This document shows, piece by piece, positions 30,999 to 41,341 of a stretch of DNA of 64,000 nt. The notes under the pieces were generated by a model, which saw nothing but the letters and a program-made list of their open reading frames with translations, did not search any database and was not told where the DNA came from. Both the position numbers and the translations under genes were made by a program. The first letter of the stretch is position 1; every line of letters begins with the position of its first letter. Location of the stretch: the NCBI GenBank assembly GCA_963750165.1, contig CAVVPN010000010.1, positions 233,420 to 297,419 on the forward strand, in the 5' to 3' direction. Origin of the DNA: an uncultured Gemmataceae bacterium (GTDB taxonomy: Bacteria; Planctomycetota; Planctomycetia; Gemmatales; Gemmataceae).

Positions 30999-32249
30999 AT
31001 GGACTTTCCGCTGCCACAACTGGGCGAAGGCGTCTACGAGGCGGAGTTGGTGCGCTGGCTGGTGAAGCCCGGCGACGTGGTCAAGCGCAGCCAGGCCCTC
31101 ATGGAAGTGATGACCGACAAGGCGACGATGGAGGTGCCGGCGCCGTTCGCAGGCAAGATCACCGCACTGCAGGCCGAGCCGGGCCAGACCGTCAAGGTCG
31201 GTCAGGTCATGCTGTCCTACGCCGACGCCGCCCAGCCCGAGCCCGCCGTCGCCGCGGCCCCCGTCTTGGCGAACTCCACGACCGCAAATTGCCAGGCGGC
31301 CGCGCAGCGCAGCAGCAACGGCCCGGTGCCGGCGGCGCTGCCGGTCAAGGCGGCGCCGTCCGTGCGCTGGATGGCCCGCAAGCTCGGCATCGACATCGCC
31401 AGCATCCACGGCACCGGCCCCGACGGCCGCGTCCTCATTGAAGACCTGTCCGGCGCCGTGCAGCGCACCGCGTCCGCCGCGCCGCCGACGCGCACCGCCG
31501 TGGAGCTTCGCTTCGACTACGGCAAACCCGGCACACGTATCAAGCTGGTGGGCCTGCGCCGCAAAATCGCCGAGCGCATGGTGCAGTCGAAGACGACGGT
31601 GCCGCACTACACCTACGTCGATGAGTGCGACGTGACGGAGTTGGTGCGGCTGCGCGAGGGGCTGAAGGAGGCGGCGGGGCAGGCGAGCGTCAAGGTGACG
31701 TACCTGGCGTTCGTGGTCAAGGCGGTGGCGGCGGCGCTGCGCGAGGTGCCGATCGTCAACGCCTCGCTGGACGAGCAGGCCGGCGAGATCGTGCTGCACG
31801 ACCGCTACGACCTTGGCATCGCCACCGCGACGCCGGCCGGCCTGATCGTGCCGGTGCTGCGCAACGCCCACAAAAAAGACCTGTTCCAGATCGCCCGCGA
31901 CATCGAACGACTGAGCGGCGACGCCCGCGCCGGCCGGTCGCAGCTGGAAGACCTGCGCGGCGGCACCTTCACGGTCACATCGATTGGCAACATCGGCGGC
32001 CTGTTCGCGACGCCGATCCTCAACCCGCCGGAAGTGGGCATTTTGGGCGTGGGCAAAATCGTGCGGCGGCCGGTGTTCGATGACGCCGGCAACGTGCGGC
32101 CGGCGGACCTGGTGTACCTGTCGTTCTCGTTCGACCATCGCGTGCTGGACGGGGCGGTCGGAGCGGCGTTCGGCAACGCGGTGATTCGCCAGCTGCAAAA
32201 CCCGGTGGCGCTGCTGATGCCGTCGGCCTCGGAAGCGGGGGCGCCGTGA
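30999..32249 (+). CDS. Dihydrolipoamide acyltransferase (E2)
   Basis: Lipoyl motif EVMTDKA; E3-binding GTGPDGRV; FDHRVLDG. Confidence 0.95.
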   Translation: MDFPLPQLGEGVYEAELVRWLVKPGDVVKRSQALMEVMTDKATMEVPAPFAGKITALQAEPGQTVKVGQVMLSYADAAQPEPAVAAAPVLANSTTANCQAAAQRSSNGPVPAALPVKAAPSVRWMARKLGIDIASIHGTGPDGRVLIEDLSGAVQRTASAAPPTRTAVELRFDYGKPGTRIKLVGLRRKIAERMVQSKTTVPHYTYVDECDVTELVRLREGLKEAAGQASVKVTYLAFVVKAVAAALREVPIVNASLDEQAGEIVLHDRYDLGIATATPAGLIVPVLRNAHKKDLFQIARDIERLSGDARAGRSQLEDLRGGTFTVTSIGNIGGLFATPILNPPEVGILGVGKIVRRPVFDDAGNVRPADLVYLSFSFDHRVLDGAVGAAFGNAVIRQLQNPVALLMPSASEAGAP

Positions 32250-32809
32250 ACTACCGTAAACTCCTGGTGATCGCGGCGGTGATACTGCTGGTGGTCGGCG
32301 CGGTCCTGGTGCCGCTGTACCTGACCGGTGACGGGGGGACGGCCTGGACCTATGACGATCCCAAGGGCTTCCGGCTGAAGCTGCCGTCCGATGAGTGGAA
32401 GCAGGTCAGCACGGACACGGGGCTGACGGCGTTCGCGAACCGCAAGCGCTCGCTGCAGGTGCAGGTGCGGGCCGAGCCGCAATCCCGTAAGGAATTCCTG
32501 GAGAAAACGGTCCCGGACTTGAAAGCTAGCCTGGTCGCGAAGCGTGCCCTGATCGTGGGCAACCCCGAGTTCGTGCAAGGGGAGAACGCGGCCGGCAACC
32601 CTTACGTACTCTGCCGGTTCCAGGCCCGCATGAGTCGTCAAGGGGGCGCGGGCTGGGTGGCGGTATCCGCTACCTGGTGCCAGCGCAAAGAACTGCTCGT
32701 CCTGGTGGAGATGGTCCAGGACAGCGCGGGGAACGCTGTCGCGCAGGACCAGGGCGACGCGGAGTTCTTCGAGCAGGCCAGCAAGTCTATCTGCCTGTCG
32801 GTGGAGTGA
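32246..32809 (+). CDS. Membrane-anchored hypothetical protein
   Basis: GTGA overlap with E2; N-terminal TM. Confidence 0.65.
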   Translation: MNYRKLLVIAAVILLVVGAVLVPLYLTGDGGTAWTYDDPKGFRLKLPSDEWKQVSTDTGLTAFANRKRSLQVQVRAEPQSRKEFLEKTVPDLKASLVAKRALIVGNPEFVQGENAAGNPYVLCRFQARMSRQGGAGWVAVSATWCQRKELLVLVEMVQDSAGNAVAQDQGDAEFFEQASKSICLSVE

Positions 32810-33108
32810 CGCAGGCGGCCTGAACGGCACATTTCGGGTCTCCATCTACGCCAACGATGTCCGCTCACTCAGGGCCGTTGCCGTCGGTCTCGCGGATCAG
32901 GAAGCCGGTGGCGCAGTCGTGACCCGCGAAGTCCAGGGTCAGCGTCGTGCTGACTGCACGACGCCTTTGCCAGGGGCTGGAGCATCGAGTCGGTGCAGGT
33001 TGAGGTCCGCCCCAATAAACCTGCAGCGATTTTCATCACCGATCGATCTCGCCCATGACGACCTCAAGAGGCCCGTTTTTCCCAGGAAAAATGGCCTTTT
33101 TTGGTTTC

Positions 33109-33132
33109 GATGCACCTTATGATGCACCTTAT
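33109..33132. repeat. 12-bp tandem direct repeat upstream of the integrase (candidate arm-type sites)
   Basis: GATGCACCTTAT x2. Confidence 0.7.
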
Positions 33133-33178
33133 CGACGAAGATTCCGAACTTTAAGGCGCTTACCGGCTTCTTCCTCGC

Positions 33179-34279
33179 ATGAAGAAGCCATTCCCTTGGT
33201 ACTCCGATAGCCGGTCGGGCGGCGGCTGGTTCGTCAAGCTCGACGGCGAGCAACATTTCCTTGGCAAGCACCCCGCCGACGCCCCGAAACCGAAGAAAGG
33301 TCGGGGCGGTCGGTGGAACCCGCCACGGATCATCCTTGATGAATTCTACAAGCTGATGACCCTTGGGGACACGGCCTCGGAGTCAGACTACACCTTCGAG
33401 ACGATCTGTGCCCTCTACGTCAGGGAACTGGAAGAAACGAATCCCGACCTGGCAAAGCGCTATGAGCAGACGACGCTGCAACTCTGCCGTTTCGAGTACA
33501 GGGGTACACGGGTCGGCAAGCTGCTTGTCAACGCAGAACTCGAAGGGATTCACCTTCGGAAGTGGGCCGAGACTTTCCCCTCCGACCAGACGCAACGGAC
33601 GTACATCAACTGCTGTAAGGCGGTGCTGACCTGGGCGGTCAGAAAAAAGGGCATCAACATCAGCCACAACCCGTTTCTGTCCGTCAAGTCGCCGAAGATC
33701 GAAAGTCGGGCTGTCGTCATCAGTCTTGAGGAACACGAGGCGCTGCTCAAGTTCTGGAACAACGACCGCTTTTGTGACTTTCTTCAGGCGTTGTGGTTCA
33801 CCGGCGCACGACCTGGAGAGATCGCCAAGATCGAGGCGAGGCACCTGAAGAATGGCCTGTGGCGGCTGGACCCCAGCGAACACAAGACGGGCCGGGTCAC
33901 GGGGAAGGACCGAGTGATCGGTGTTTGTGATGAGTTGTACGAAATCGTGGACCGACTTACGGCGAAGTACGCTACCGGACCGATTTTTCGCAATATGTAT
34001 GGTCGCCCCTGGACAACGCAAGCCTCGTTCGTCCGATTCGAGACGGCACGGGCGAATAAACTCATCAGGAAGGAAGTCACGCCCTACGCCTATCGACACG
34101 CCTGGGCCACACACGCCCTGGAAAACGGGAGACTCGACATCTACGAAGTAGCGAAGGCTCTCGGCCACCAGACCACGCAGATGGTAATGCTGCACTACGA
34201 CCATTCCCGGAAGAACGCCGAGCATCTTCGGGACATCTTCCAGAGGGCGAGGCGAACTACTCCTCCTCCAGCTTCTTGA
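33179..34279 (+). CDS. Tyrosine recombinase/integrase
   Basis: TGARPGEI, EHKT, YAYRHAWAT, LGH, LHYDH; N-terminal arm-like WFVKLDGEQHFLG. Confidence 0.93.
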   Translation: MKKPFPWYSDSRSGGGWFVKLDGEQHFLGKHPADAPKPKKGRGGRWNPPRIILDEFYKLMTLGDTASESDYTFETICALYVRELEETNPDLAKRYEQTTLQLCRFEYRGTRVGKLLVNAELEGIHLRKWAETFPSDQTQRTYINCCKAVLTWAVRKKGINISHNPFLSVKSPKIESRAVVISLEEHEALLKFWNNDRFCDFLQALWFTGARPGEIAKIEARHLKNGLWRLDPSEHKTGRVTGKDRVIGVCDELYEIVDRLTAKYATGPIFRNMYGRPWTTQASFVRFETARANKLIRKEVTPYAYRHAWATHALENGRLDIYEVAKALGHQTTQMVMLHYDHSRKNAEHLRDIFQRARRTTPPPAS

Positions 34280-34928
34280 GGAAGCGGTAGGCGGCATCAC
34301 CCTTCTTGAACTGGAACTGGCACGGGCGCTTTCTCCGTGGAACAGGCACCGTATGAACATCGGGGCCGTCCTGGACACCCTGGACCGTGTAGCGGGCCAT
34401 GTACTCTTCAACCCACTCACGGCGGGTGCGAAGCCACCGTCCGTCCTTCACGGCCCTGATCCGACCGTCCAGAAGCCGCTCACGGGCCTCGGTGTAGGAA
34501 CACCCCAGCATTTCAGCCACGTCTCGTGTCGTCATTGCGCCTTGCTGACTTGGCCCTCGGCGACCCTCCGAAAAAGCCGGTGCATCGGACGTTTCGTTCC
34601 CGCCAGCCTTGGTGAAGGTCGAAAGACATGCCTCCAGCCGGCCAGCGATCTCCTCCATCCGGCTCGCCGGTGATCCGGTGCCCTGCCCACCGGCAGGACC
34701 AATCGCCGCCTGCTGCTCCCACGATGTCATCGAGTTCCAGCGAAAATGCTCGTAGACCTCTCGAAGCGTGACCCACTCCGGGCAGTTCGAGGCGATCTCA
34801 ATGTCGTTCCCCGCCACCACGACTTGGGCGACGACCGGGCCACCAGCACCGTGGCCGAGGATGACGGTTCGTTCGGCTTCGGGCAGTTGCGACGAAATAA
34901 AGGCGATCATTCTGCGACGGTCGGACAT
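34257..34928 (-). CDS. Excisionase-like HTH protein with N-terminal extension
   Basis: MTTRDVAEMLGCSYTEARERLLDGRIRAVKDGRWLRTRREWVEEY; convergent overlap with the integrase. Confidence 0.75.
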   Translation of the reverse strand: MSDRRRMIAFISSQLPEAERTVILGHGAGGPVVAQVVVAGNDIEIASNCPEWVTLREVYEHFRWNSMTSWEQQAAIGPAGGQGTGSPASRMEEIAGRLEACLSTFTKAGGNETSDAPAFSEGRRGPSQQGAMTTRDVAEMLGCSYTEARERLLDGRIRAVKDGRWLRTRREWVEEYMARYTVQGVQDGPDVHTVPVPRRKRPCQFQFKKGDAAYRFLKKLEEE

Positions 34929-35201
34929 GGCAGGCGTCTCTCCTTGCACGCTCATCCGATAGCTGGTCAAAAGTGCCTGGCCGGTGTCGGGCCGTCGTCC
35001 GACCGAGGCGTAGCGGAACTGTCTGCAAAGCGGCCACAAAAACACGCTCCCGCAGCGGGATAATACTTCGGGAAGCGAGGGTTGTAAACTAACTGCGGCA
35101 AACAGAGGAAAAACGCCGCCCCGGTGCCTCCGTCTGCGTGCTGATCTGCCTGTGGGCCAGCACCGGGCGATGGGGGCCGGGCTACAGAAGGCAATCGGGC
35201 C

Positions 35202-35885
35202 GTGGCACGAGAAGAGAAACTGAAGCTGGGCAAGGATGCTGCCTTCGTCAAGAGCCGCTTCAAGCGTCTGCGCCAGGAGAACGAAACCTGGGAGGCCGAC
35301 TTCCGGGCGCTGCCCAAGCCGATCACGCAGAGCGAGACGCACTACCTCGGCCTGGTCGTTGCCCAGCCGGACGCCTCCCTCCTGGCCGAGAGCCACGTCG
35401 AGGGCAGGCCGAGCGTCAACGACCTCGCCACGCTACTGGCTCACGCCATGCGCCGCCCGTTGACCGGGAAATCGCACCGGCCCCGGCGCATCCACGTCCG
35501 GGGGCACCACCAGTGGCGAGAGCTATTCCCGCACCTGGCTGAACTCGGCATCGAGGTCGCCGTGCAGAAGGAATTGCCGCAGGTCGAGGAAGCCTACGAG
35601 GCCCACTTGCGGCAGTTGCGAGAGGCCCACCGGGTCGGCATGGTCGAACCAACCAAGGAGCAGATCGGCGTCGAGAAAATGTTCCCGGCCATCGCTCAGT
35701 GGGTCCGGGGTTACGGCCACGTCGAGATCGGCGACCAGGAGATGTTCGGCTTCGTCGTGCGGGCGCTGGACTACGGCGGTCTGGTCTTCGAGGACGACAA
35801 ACCGGACACGCTGGCCGAGGCGATGGCGGCGCTGGAGAAGGGATTGACCGAGTATTTCGAGCGGGAAGGGATCGAGATTGAGTAG
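35202..35885 (+). CDS. Hypothetical protein
   Basis: Coding-like ORF; DLATLLAHAMRRP...RPRRI. Confidence 0.7.
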   Translation: MAREEKLKLGKDAAFVKSRFKRLRQENETWEADFRALPKPITQSETHYLGLVVAQPDASLLAESHVEGRPSVNDLATLLAHAMRRPLTGKSHRPRRIHVRGHHQWRELFPHLAELGIEVAVQKELPQVEEAYEAHLRQLREAHRVGMVEPTKEQIGVEKMFPAIAQWVRGYGHVEIGDQEMFGFVVRALDYGGLVFEDDKPDTLAEAMAALEKGLTEYFEREGIEIE

Positions 35886-35921
35886 TCGCTGGGGAGCGGC
35901 ATCTTTCATGAGAGACAGCGA

Positions 35922-36275
35922 ATGTATCAGACGAAGGTGCGGGAGAGTCTGTTGCCGTGGGCCGACCTGGGCATGGCCGGCGTGACGATGAAAGTGCTGC
36001 ACAAGGATGAGGCCACAGGGGCGATGGCCGTCCTGACCCGATTGGAACCCGGTGCGGTCATCCCTGCCCACTGGCACACCCAAGCCGACGAGACGGTATA
36101 CGTCCTCGAAGGCGACTTCGTGGAAGACGGCGAGAGCTACGGGCCGGGGAGCTACTTCCGGGGCAAGGCCGGAACGATGCACGGCCCACACTCGACCGTC
36201 GAGGGCTGCACGGTCCTGACCCACTTCAGCGCCGGACTTGACTTCCAGACCGGACCCGTGCCGCAGGAGGCGTGA
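35922..36275 (+). CDS. Cupin (ChrR-like)
   Basis: PAHWH...ETVYVLEG...GTMHGP. Confidence 0.85.
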   Translation: MYQTKVRESLLPWADLGMAGVTMKVLHKDEATGAMAVLTRLEPGAVIPAHWHTQADETVYVLEGDFVEDGESYGPGSYFRGKAGTMHGPHSTVEGCTVLTHFSAGLDFQTGPVPQEA

Positions 36276-36376
36276 GGAGGTCGGACAGAAACAGGAAACG
36301 AGCGCTGGGCAAGCTGAACTCCCTCACCCGGCACGGGGCCGGTCAGTGCCGGCGACCAGTTCCGTCAACCCCTCGC

Positions 36377-36625
36377 TCACGTCGGCTTCTTCTTTTCACT
36401 TTCACGCAGTTTCTCCAAGAAGCGATAGCCGGTTCCACCTTTCTTCAACTTGATGTGCCCCAGCCGACGCCGAGGCGGGTTCGGCACGGTGAACATGCCC
36501 GGTTCACTGTTCGCCGCCTTAATCGTCTTCTCGGCGATGTACGCCTCGATCCACTCTCGCCGAGTCCGCAGCCAGCGACCGTCCCGGATCGTGCGAATCC
36601 GACCGTCCAGCATTCGCTCCCTGGC
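36377..36625 (-). pseudogene. Second excisionase-like gene, 5'-truncated at the IS3 end
   Basis: ARERMLDGRIRTIRDGRWLRTRREWIEAY...KKGGTGYRFLEKL, clearly paralogous to 34257-34928. Confidence 0.8.
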
Positions 36626-36688
36626 TGAACCTCCCCACGAATGGTGGACACCCAGTTAAGAGTGTAAACTCTCCTGAGGAGGTCCATC

Positions 36689-36985
36689 ATGGCCAGAACC
36701 CGACGTACCTACACCCCGGAGTTCAAGCTCGAGGCCGTCAAGCTCGTCACTGAGCAGGGCTACTCCGTCGCCGAGGCCGCACGCTCCCTCGGCATCCACG
36801 AGACCCTGCTCCGCTCCTGGAAGCAGGCGCTGGAGGCCAAGGGCGGCCAGGCCTTCCCCGGCCAGGGCAAGCTCTCCCCCTTCGAGGAAGAGAACCGCCG
36901 CCTCCGGGCCGAGAACCAGCGGCTCCTGGCGGAGCGCGACATCCTAAAAAAAGCGACGGCGTTCTTCGCCAGGGAGGCGACATGA
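36689..36985 (+). CDS. IS3 transposase OrfA
   Basis: RRTYTPEFKLEAV...ERDILKKATAFF; slippery AAAAAAAG at 36946-36953. Confidence 0.95.
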   Translation: MARTRRTYTPEFKLEAVKLVTEQGYSVAEAARSLGIHETLLRSWKQALEAKGGQAFPGQGKLSPFEEENRRLRAENQRLLAERDILKKATAFFAREAT

Positions 36986-37836
36986 CCTTCCGCTTCATCG
37001 AGGAACACCGCGGCCAGTGGCCCGTGCGCCTGCTCTGCGAAACCCTGGAGGTCTCGACCGCCGGCTACTACGCCTGGCGCGACCGCCCCGCCAGCGACCG
37101 CGCCCGGCGCCGCGACACCCTCCTCGTGGAAATCCGCGCCATCCACGCCGAGGTCAAGGCCCGCTACGGCAGCCCGCGCATCCACGCCGAGCTGGTCGCC
37201 CGGGGCCAGGACTGCTGCGTCAACACCGTGGCCCGGCTCATGCACGACCACGACCTCCGGGCCAAGACGGCCCGCAAGTTCCGCTGCACGACCGACTCCA
37301 ACCACGACCTGCCCGTGGCCGCGAACCTCCTGGATCGGCAGTTCAACCCCGCCGCGGCCAACGAGGCGTGGGTGGCGGACATCACCTACATCCCGACCCG
37401 GGAGGGTTGGCTGTACCTGGCTGTCGTCGAGGACCTGTACTCGCGGCGGGTGGTGGGCTGGTCGATGGCCGACCACCTGGAGAGCCGGCTGGTCGTCGAT
37501 GCCCTGGAGCTGGCGGTGCAGCGCCGGCTGCCGGGGGAGGGGTTGCTGGCCCACTCCGACCGGGGCAGCCAGTACGCCAGCGACCACTACCAACGCCTCC
37601 TGGGCAAGCACGGCATCACCTGCAGCATGAGCCGCCGGGCCGACTGCTGGGACAATGCCCCGATGGAGAGCTTCTTCGCCTCCTTGAAGAAGGAACTGGT
37701 GCACGACGCCGACTTCGCCACCCGGGCGGAGGCGCGGGCGGCGCTCGTCGAGTACATCGAGGTCTTCTACAACACGCGGCGCCGGCACTCGTCGCTGGGG
37801 TACGTGTCCCCGGCCGAGTATGAACAGTCCGAATAA
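36982..37836 (+). CDS. IS3 transposase OrfB (DDE)
   Basis: YGSPRI, WVADITYI, HSDRGSQY, DNAPMESFF. Confidence 0.95.
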   Translation: MTFRFIEEHRGQWPVRLLCETLEVSTAGYYAWRDRPASDRARRRDTLLVEIRAIHAEVKARYGSPRIHAELVARGQDCCVNTVARLMHDHDLRAKTARKFRCTTDSNHDLPVAANLLDRQFNPAAANEAWVADITYIPTREGWLYLAVVEDLYSRRVVGWSMADHLESRLVVDALELAVQRRLPGEGLLAHSDRGSQYASDHYQRLLGKHGITCSMSRRADCWDNAPMESFFASLKKELVHDADFATRAEARAALVEYIEVFYNTRRRHSSLGYVSPAEYEQSE

Positions 37837-37967
37837 CCGTTAACCCCGTGTCCACTTTTCGTGGGGAACTCCAGGCGTCGAGCAAATCGGACTCGCTATC
37901 CACGAAAGAGAAGACCTTGGCTTCTGATGGGGACCAGGAAAGTCGAGCAACTGAAGGAAGAATAACG

Positions 37968-39005
37968 ATGACTCTCCCAAGAATAACGTGGACCCTGGCC
38001 CTCTACTTGATCGTGGCTTCAGCCGCCTCGGCCCAGCACCAGATCGTTTGCTCTGCCGAGGCAGCAGGCGGATACGCTGCCTTTCCTGATGTTTGCCGCC
38101 TGAAAAACGGCGACCTCTACTGTGTCTTCTACTCCGGTTACGGTCACGTCTCGACGCCCAATGACAAGTGGCCCAAGGGAGGGCGCATCATGGCCGTGCG
38201 CTCGACCGACAACGGCAAGACCTGGGGCAAGCCGGTCGTCGCCATCGACACGGACCTGGATGACCGTGATCCCTCCGTCGCCTGCCTCAAGGACGGCACG
38301 CTCCTGCTGAATTGGTTCACGGTCCAGAAAAATCAAGCCGCCGTCATGCTCGCCCGCTCCACCGACAACGGCAAGACCTGGAGCGAGCCGGTTCAACTCA
38401 AACTCGATTCACTGTACTCGTTCGCCTGTTCTTCACCCGTGCGCCAACTGGCTGATGGGTCGCTGATCCTGGGCCTGTACTGCGAGGACGAGAAGGCCAA
38501 GAAGACCTTCGGGGCCACGATCAGGTCCAACGACGGCGGCAAGACCTGGAAAGACCTGGCGTACATCGGCGACAAGGCCGACATCTACCTTGACGCCGAA
38601 ACCGACGTGGTGCCCCTGAAGGACGGCAAGCTGCTGGCAGCCCTGCGGTCGTCCAAGGTGGACATGCACTACGCCGTCTCGGAGGATTCCGGCAAGACCT
38701 GGGGGCCGGTCAAGTCCTTCGGCTTCAAGGGGCACTGCCCGTACTTCCTGCGTCACAGCAGCGGAGTCATCCTCCTGGGCCATCGGGTGCCTGCCACGTC
38801 GCTCCACTGGACCGCCGACGAGGGCAAGACGTGGAACGGCCCGGTCAAGATCGACACCGTGGGCGGTGCCTATCCGAGCATGGTCGAGTTGCCGGACGGC
38901 CTGGTGTACTGCGTCTACTACGAGGAAGGCAAGGGGTCGAGCATTCGGGCCGTGCGGCTGCGGGTAGACACGAAGGGCGTGACGGTTGTGGACAAGAAGG
39001 ACTGA
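37968..39005 (+). CDS. Secreted BNR/Asp-box sialidase-family protein
   Basis: Five SxDxGKTW Asp-boxes; signal peptide. Confidence 0.88.
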   Translation: MTLPRITWTLALYLIVASAASAQHQIVCSAEAAGGYAAFPDVCRLKNGDLYCVFYSGYGHVSTPNDKWPKGGRIMAVRSTDNGKTWGKPVVAIDTDLDDRDPSVACLKDGTLLLNWFTVQKNQAAVMLARSTDNGKTWSEPVQLKLDSLYSFACSSPVRQLADGSLILGLYCEDEKAKKTFGATIRSNDGGKTWKDLAYIGDKADIYLDAETDVVPLKDGKLLAALRSSKVDMHYAVSEDSGKTWGPVKSFGFKGHCPYFLRHSSGVILLGHRVPATSLHWTADEGKTWNGPVKIDTVGGAYPSMVELPDGLVYCVYYEEGKGSSIRAVRLRVDTKGVTVVDKKD

Positions 39006-39018
39006 TGGTGGTGCAGCA

Positions 39019-40301
39019 ATGACGTTCAAAAGGAGCCTCTGGATGATCCGTTGCGCATTGGTAGTGGCCGCATTCCTGACCGTGAGCCTGACCGGGTTCG
39101 CCCAGGACAGGAAAGGGCCGCTCGCCGACCTGCCCAGCAAGCCGGGTGCGCACGTCGAGAAGATCAAGGCGATGGGCGACAACGAGTGGCTGAAGCTCGG
39201 TGCCCCCGCCGCAGACCCGAAGTGGGGCAAGGCACGGGGAAGTGCCTGGGCGCTAAAGCCCTGATCCTCGCACCGGACAAGCGGGGAGCCTTCCTCTACG
39301 GCGAAGGCGTCCACGCTTACGTCAAGCCGGATGGGCACGTCATGGACGACCTGTGGTTCTACGACATCAACCAGCACGCCTGGACTTGCCTCCACCCCGG
39401 AACGGACACGAAGACGTTCACGCAGCGGGTGAAGGACGGGCAACTGTTGATCGACGAGAGCGGGCAGTTGACCGACGACGGCAAACGGCCCGTGCCGCTG
39501 CACCCCCTGGTTCACGCCTGGGGCTACCTCGCTTACGACTCCGACCGCAAGAAGTTCGCCTTCCTCAGTTGGTCCGCTGGCCCGGTCCCCCGGTACTTCC
39601 TGGGCGGCGAGAAGCAGATGGACGAGGGGCTGAAACTGCTCGAAGGGCAGATGAAGGGCAAGAAGAAGGCGGTCTTCTCGCCCTGGTTCTACGATGTGGC
39701 GTCGGGCGAGTTCGAGCGGTCCCCCACGGCGAACCCGACCGCCATCAACGCCGGTGGGTTCCCGCAACTCCACTACCTCCCCTCCCGGAAGCAGTTCCTC
39801 GCCGTGGGGTCCGACACGGTGGCGATCTACGACCCGGCGAAGAACCTCTGGACCGACGCCAAGCCCAAAGGGCCGTCGCCCAAGGGGTACGACGCCTGCG
39901 GCTGCCACGACACCAAGCGGGGCCGCATCTACCGGAACGACGGCGACGGCTCGAAGGGGGAAGGACTCATGGCCTACGACATCGGGGACAACACCTGGAG
40001 CCACCTGAAGCCCACCGGGACCGCACCGGAGCCGGCCAACACGAACGCAGCGTTCTACGAGTACGACGCCCGCCTCGACATCGTTGTGGCCGTCCACTTC
40101 AAGGGAAAGAAGCCAGGTATCTACGTCTACGACCCCAAAAGCAACTCCTGGGCGGACCCGATACCGTTCCCGGCAGACGGCCCCAAGTTCCCGTTCGCCG
40201 CCAACACGTTCTTCGACCGGGAGTTGAACGCCTACTTCTGTCACGTCGCCGGCGACAGCAAGGACGACGGCGTGATGTGGGTGTATCGGTACAAGAAGTG
40301 A
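39019..40301 (+). CDS. Secreted Kelch-like beta-propeller protein, frameshifted near 39245-39262
   Basis: Signal peptide in one frame; repeated YDxxxNxW motifs in the other. Confidence 0.7.
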
Positions 40302-40347
40302 GCAACAGGCACTTGCGCATGGACCGGATGACCTACGGTGGGACAAC

Positions 40348-40431
40348 GAGGAAGGCAAAGGCTCAAGCATTCGGGGCGTGCGCCTGCGGGTGGACACGAC
40401 GGGCGTGACGGTCGAGGGGAAGAAGGAGTGA
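40348..40431 (+). repeat. Diverged direct repeat of the sialidase 3' end (38922-39005)
   Basis: EEGKGSSIRGVRLRVDTTGVTVEGKKE* vs EEGKGSSIRAVRLRVDTKGVTVVDKKD*. Confidence 0.85.
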
Positions 40432-40443
40432 GGGGGCGCAGAA

Positions 40444-40875
40444 ATGGCTCGCAAAAAACTCTCCCGCAACGATCCGTGCCCCTGCGGCAGCGGCAAGAAG
40501 TACAAGCACTGCTGCTACCGCAAGGGCGTCGAGGCCGACCTGGGGTCAGGTCGCCAGCAGCCGCAGTATCCCATCGGCACCGTGGCGATGTACGGCCCTG
40601 ACGACAAGACGACCACGAAGATCGCCGCAGGCGTGATCCTCCATGACGGTGCCGAGGCGATCATGCAGCGGTGGGTGGCGACGGACGTGACGACCAACCC
40701 GAAAGTGCAACAGGAGTTGAAGGACTTCTTCCTTCAGCACGGCGTCAAGCAGGTGGCGATGAGCCAGGGGAACATGGGGTGCCCGCACGAGGAAGGTGAG
40801 GACTTTCCCCACGGCGAGGACTGCCCGTTCTGTCCGTTCTGGAAGGGCAAGCAAGGTAGCAACAGAAAGGATTGA
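40444..40875 (+). CDS. SEC-C metal-binding domain protein
   Basis: RNDPCPCGSGKKYKHCC; C-terminal GCPHEEG...CPFCPFW. Confidence 0.85.
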   Translation: MARKKLSRNDPCPCGSGKKYKHCCYRKGVEADLGSGRQQPQYPIGTVAMYGPDDKTTTKIAAGVILHDGAEAIMQRWVATDVTTNPKVQQELKDFFLQHGVKQVAMSQGNMGCPHEEGEDFPHGEDCPFCPFWKGKQGSNRKD

Positions 40876-40878
40876 CCG

Positions 40879-41292
40879 ATGGTAAAACCACGAAAAGCCT
40901 GGACCTTCAGCCCTGGCAAAAAGCCCAAGTCGGCCTTGCCCGGCACGCTCAAGGGCGAAATGGACACCAAGGCCAGGGAACTGATCGAAACGGTCCTCAA
41001 GCCCAAGCATGTCCAGCCGCCGCCAACGGGCCACCAGTTGAACTACATCACCGACATCGCAACCAAATGGCTTGGCTCGAAGTGCTACTTCGTTTCGATC
41101 TACGCCTGCCCTGGCCCGAACGCCATCGCCCCCAATTTCGAGACGAATTTCGCCCGCATGGAATATGTCGGCAACGCCAAATTCGCCCTGTCGTTCATGC
41201 GACACACCGGCCAGTGGGTCCAACTGCACAATGCCCTGACCGTGGATGAATGCCTGAAGGCGATCCAGGATGATCCCTGGTTCGTGCCGTGA
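40879..41292 (+). CDS. Hypothetical protein
   Basis: Coding-like ORF; FARMEY...LSFMRHTGQW. Confidence 0.75.
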   Translation: MVKPRKAWTFSPGKKPKSALPGTLKGEMDTKARELIETVLKPKHVQPPPTGHQLNYITDIATKWLGSKCYFVSIYACPGPNAIAPNFETNFARMEYVGNAKFALSFMRHTGQWVQLHNALTVDECLKAIQDDPWFVP

Positions 41293-41341
41293 GTGTCTGA
41301 CAGAATTGAGCCGGCCAACCAACAGAGGATGGAGTTTTCAC

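Larger units (their letters stand above)
36626..37873 (+). mobile_element. IS3 family insertion sequence
   Basis: IRL TGAACCTCCCCACGAATGGTGGACAC; IRR GTGTCCACTTTTCGTGGGGAACTCCA; GGC on both flanks. Confidence 0.95.

Noticed and set aside
32810..33178. tRNA or tmRNA integration target
   Set aside because: No cloverleaf or T-loop GTTCRA...CCA pattern recognised
36623..37903. Reconstructing an intact second excisionase by removing IS3 at the GGC repeat
   Set aside because: The rejoined frame reads VDSESDLLD-ARERM, which does not match the paralogue's VAEMLGCSYTE-ARER; the gene was already truncated or adjacent DNA was deleted
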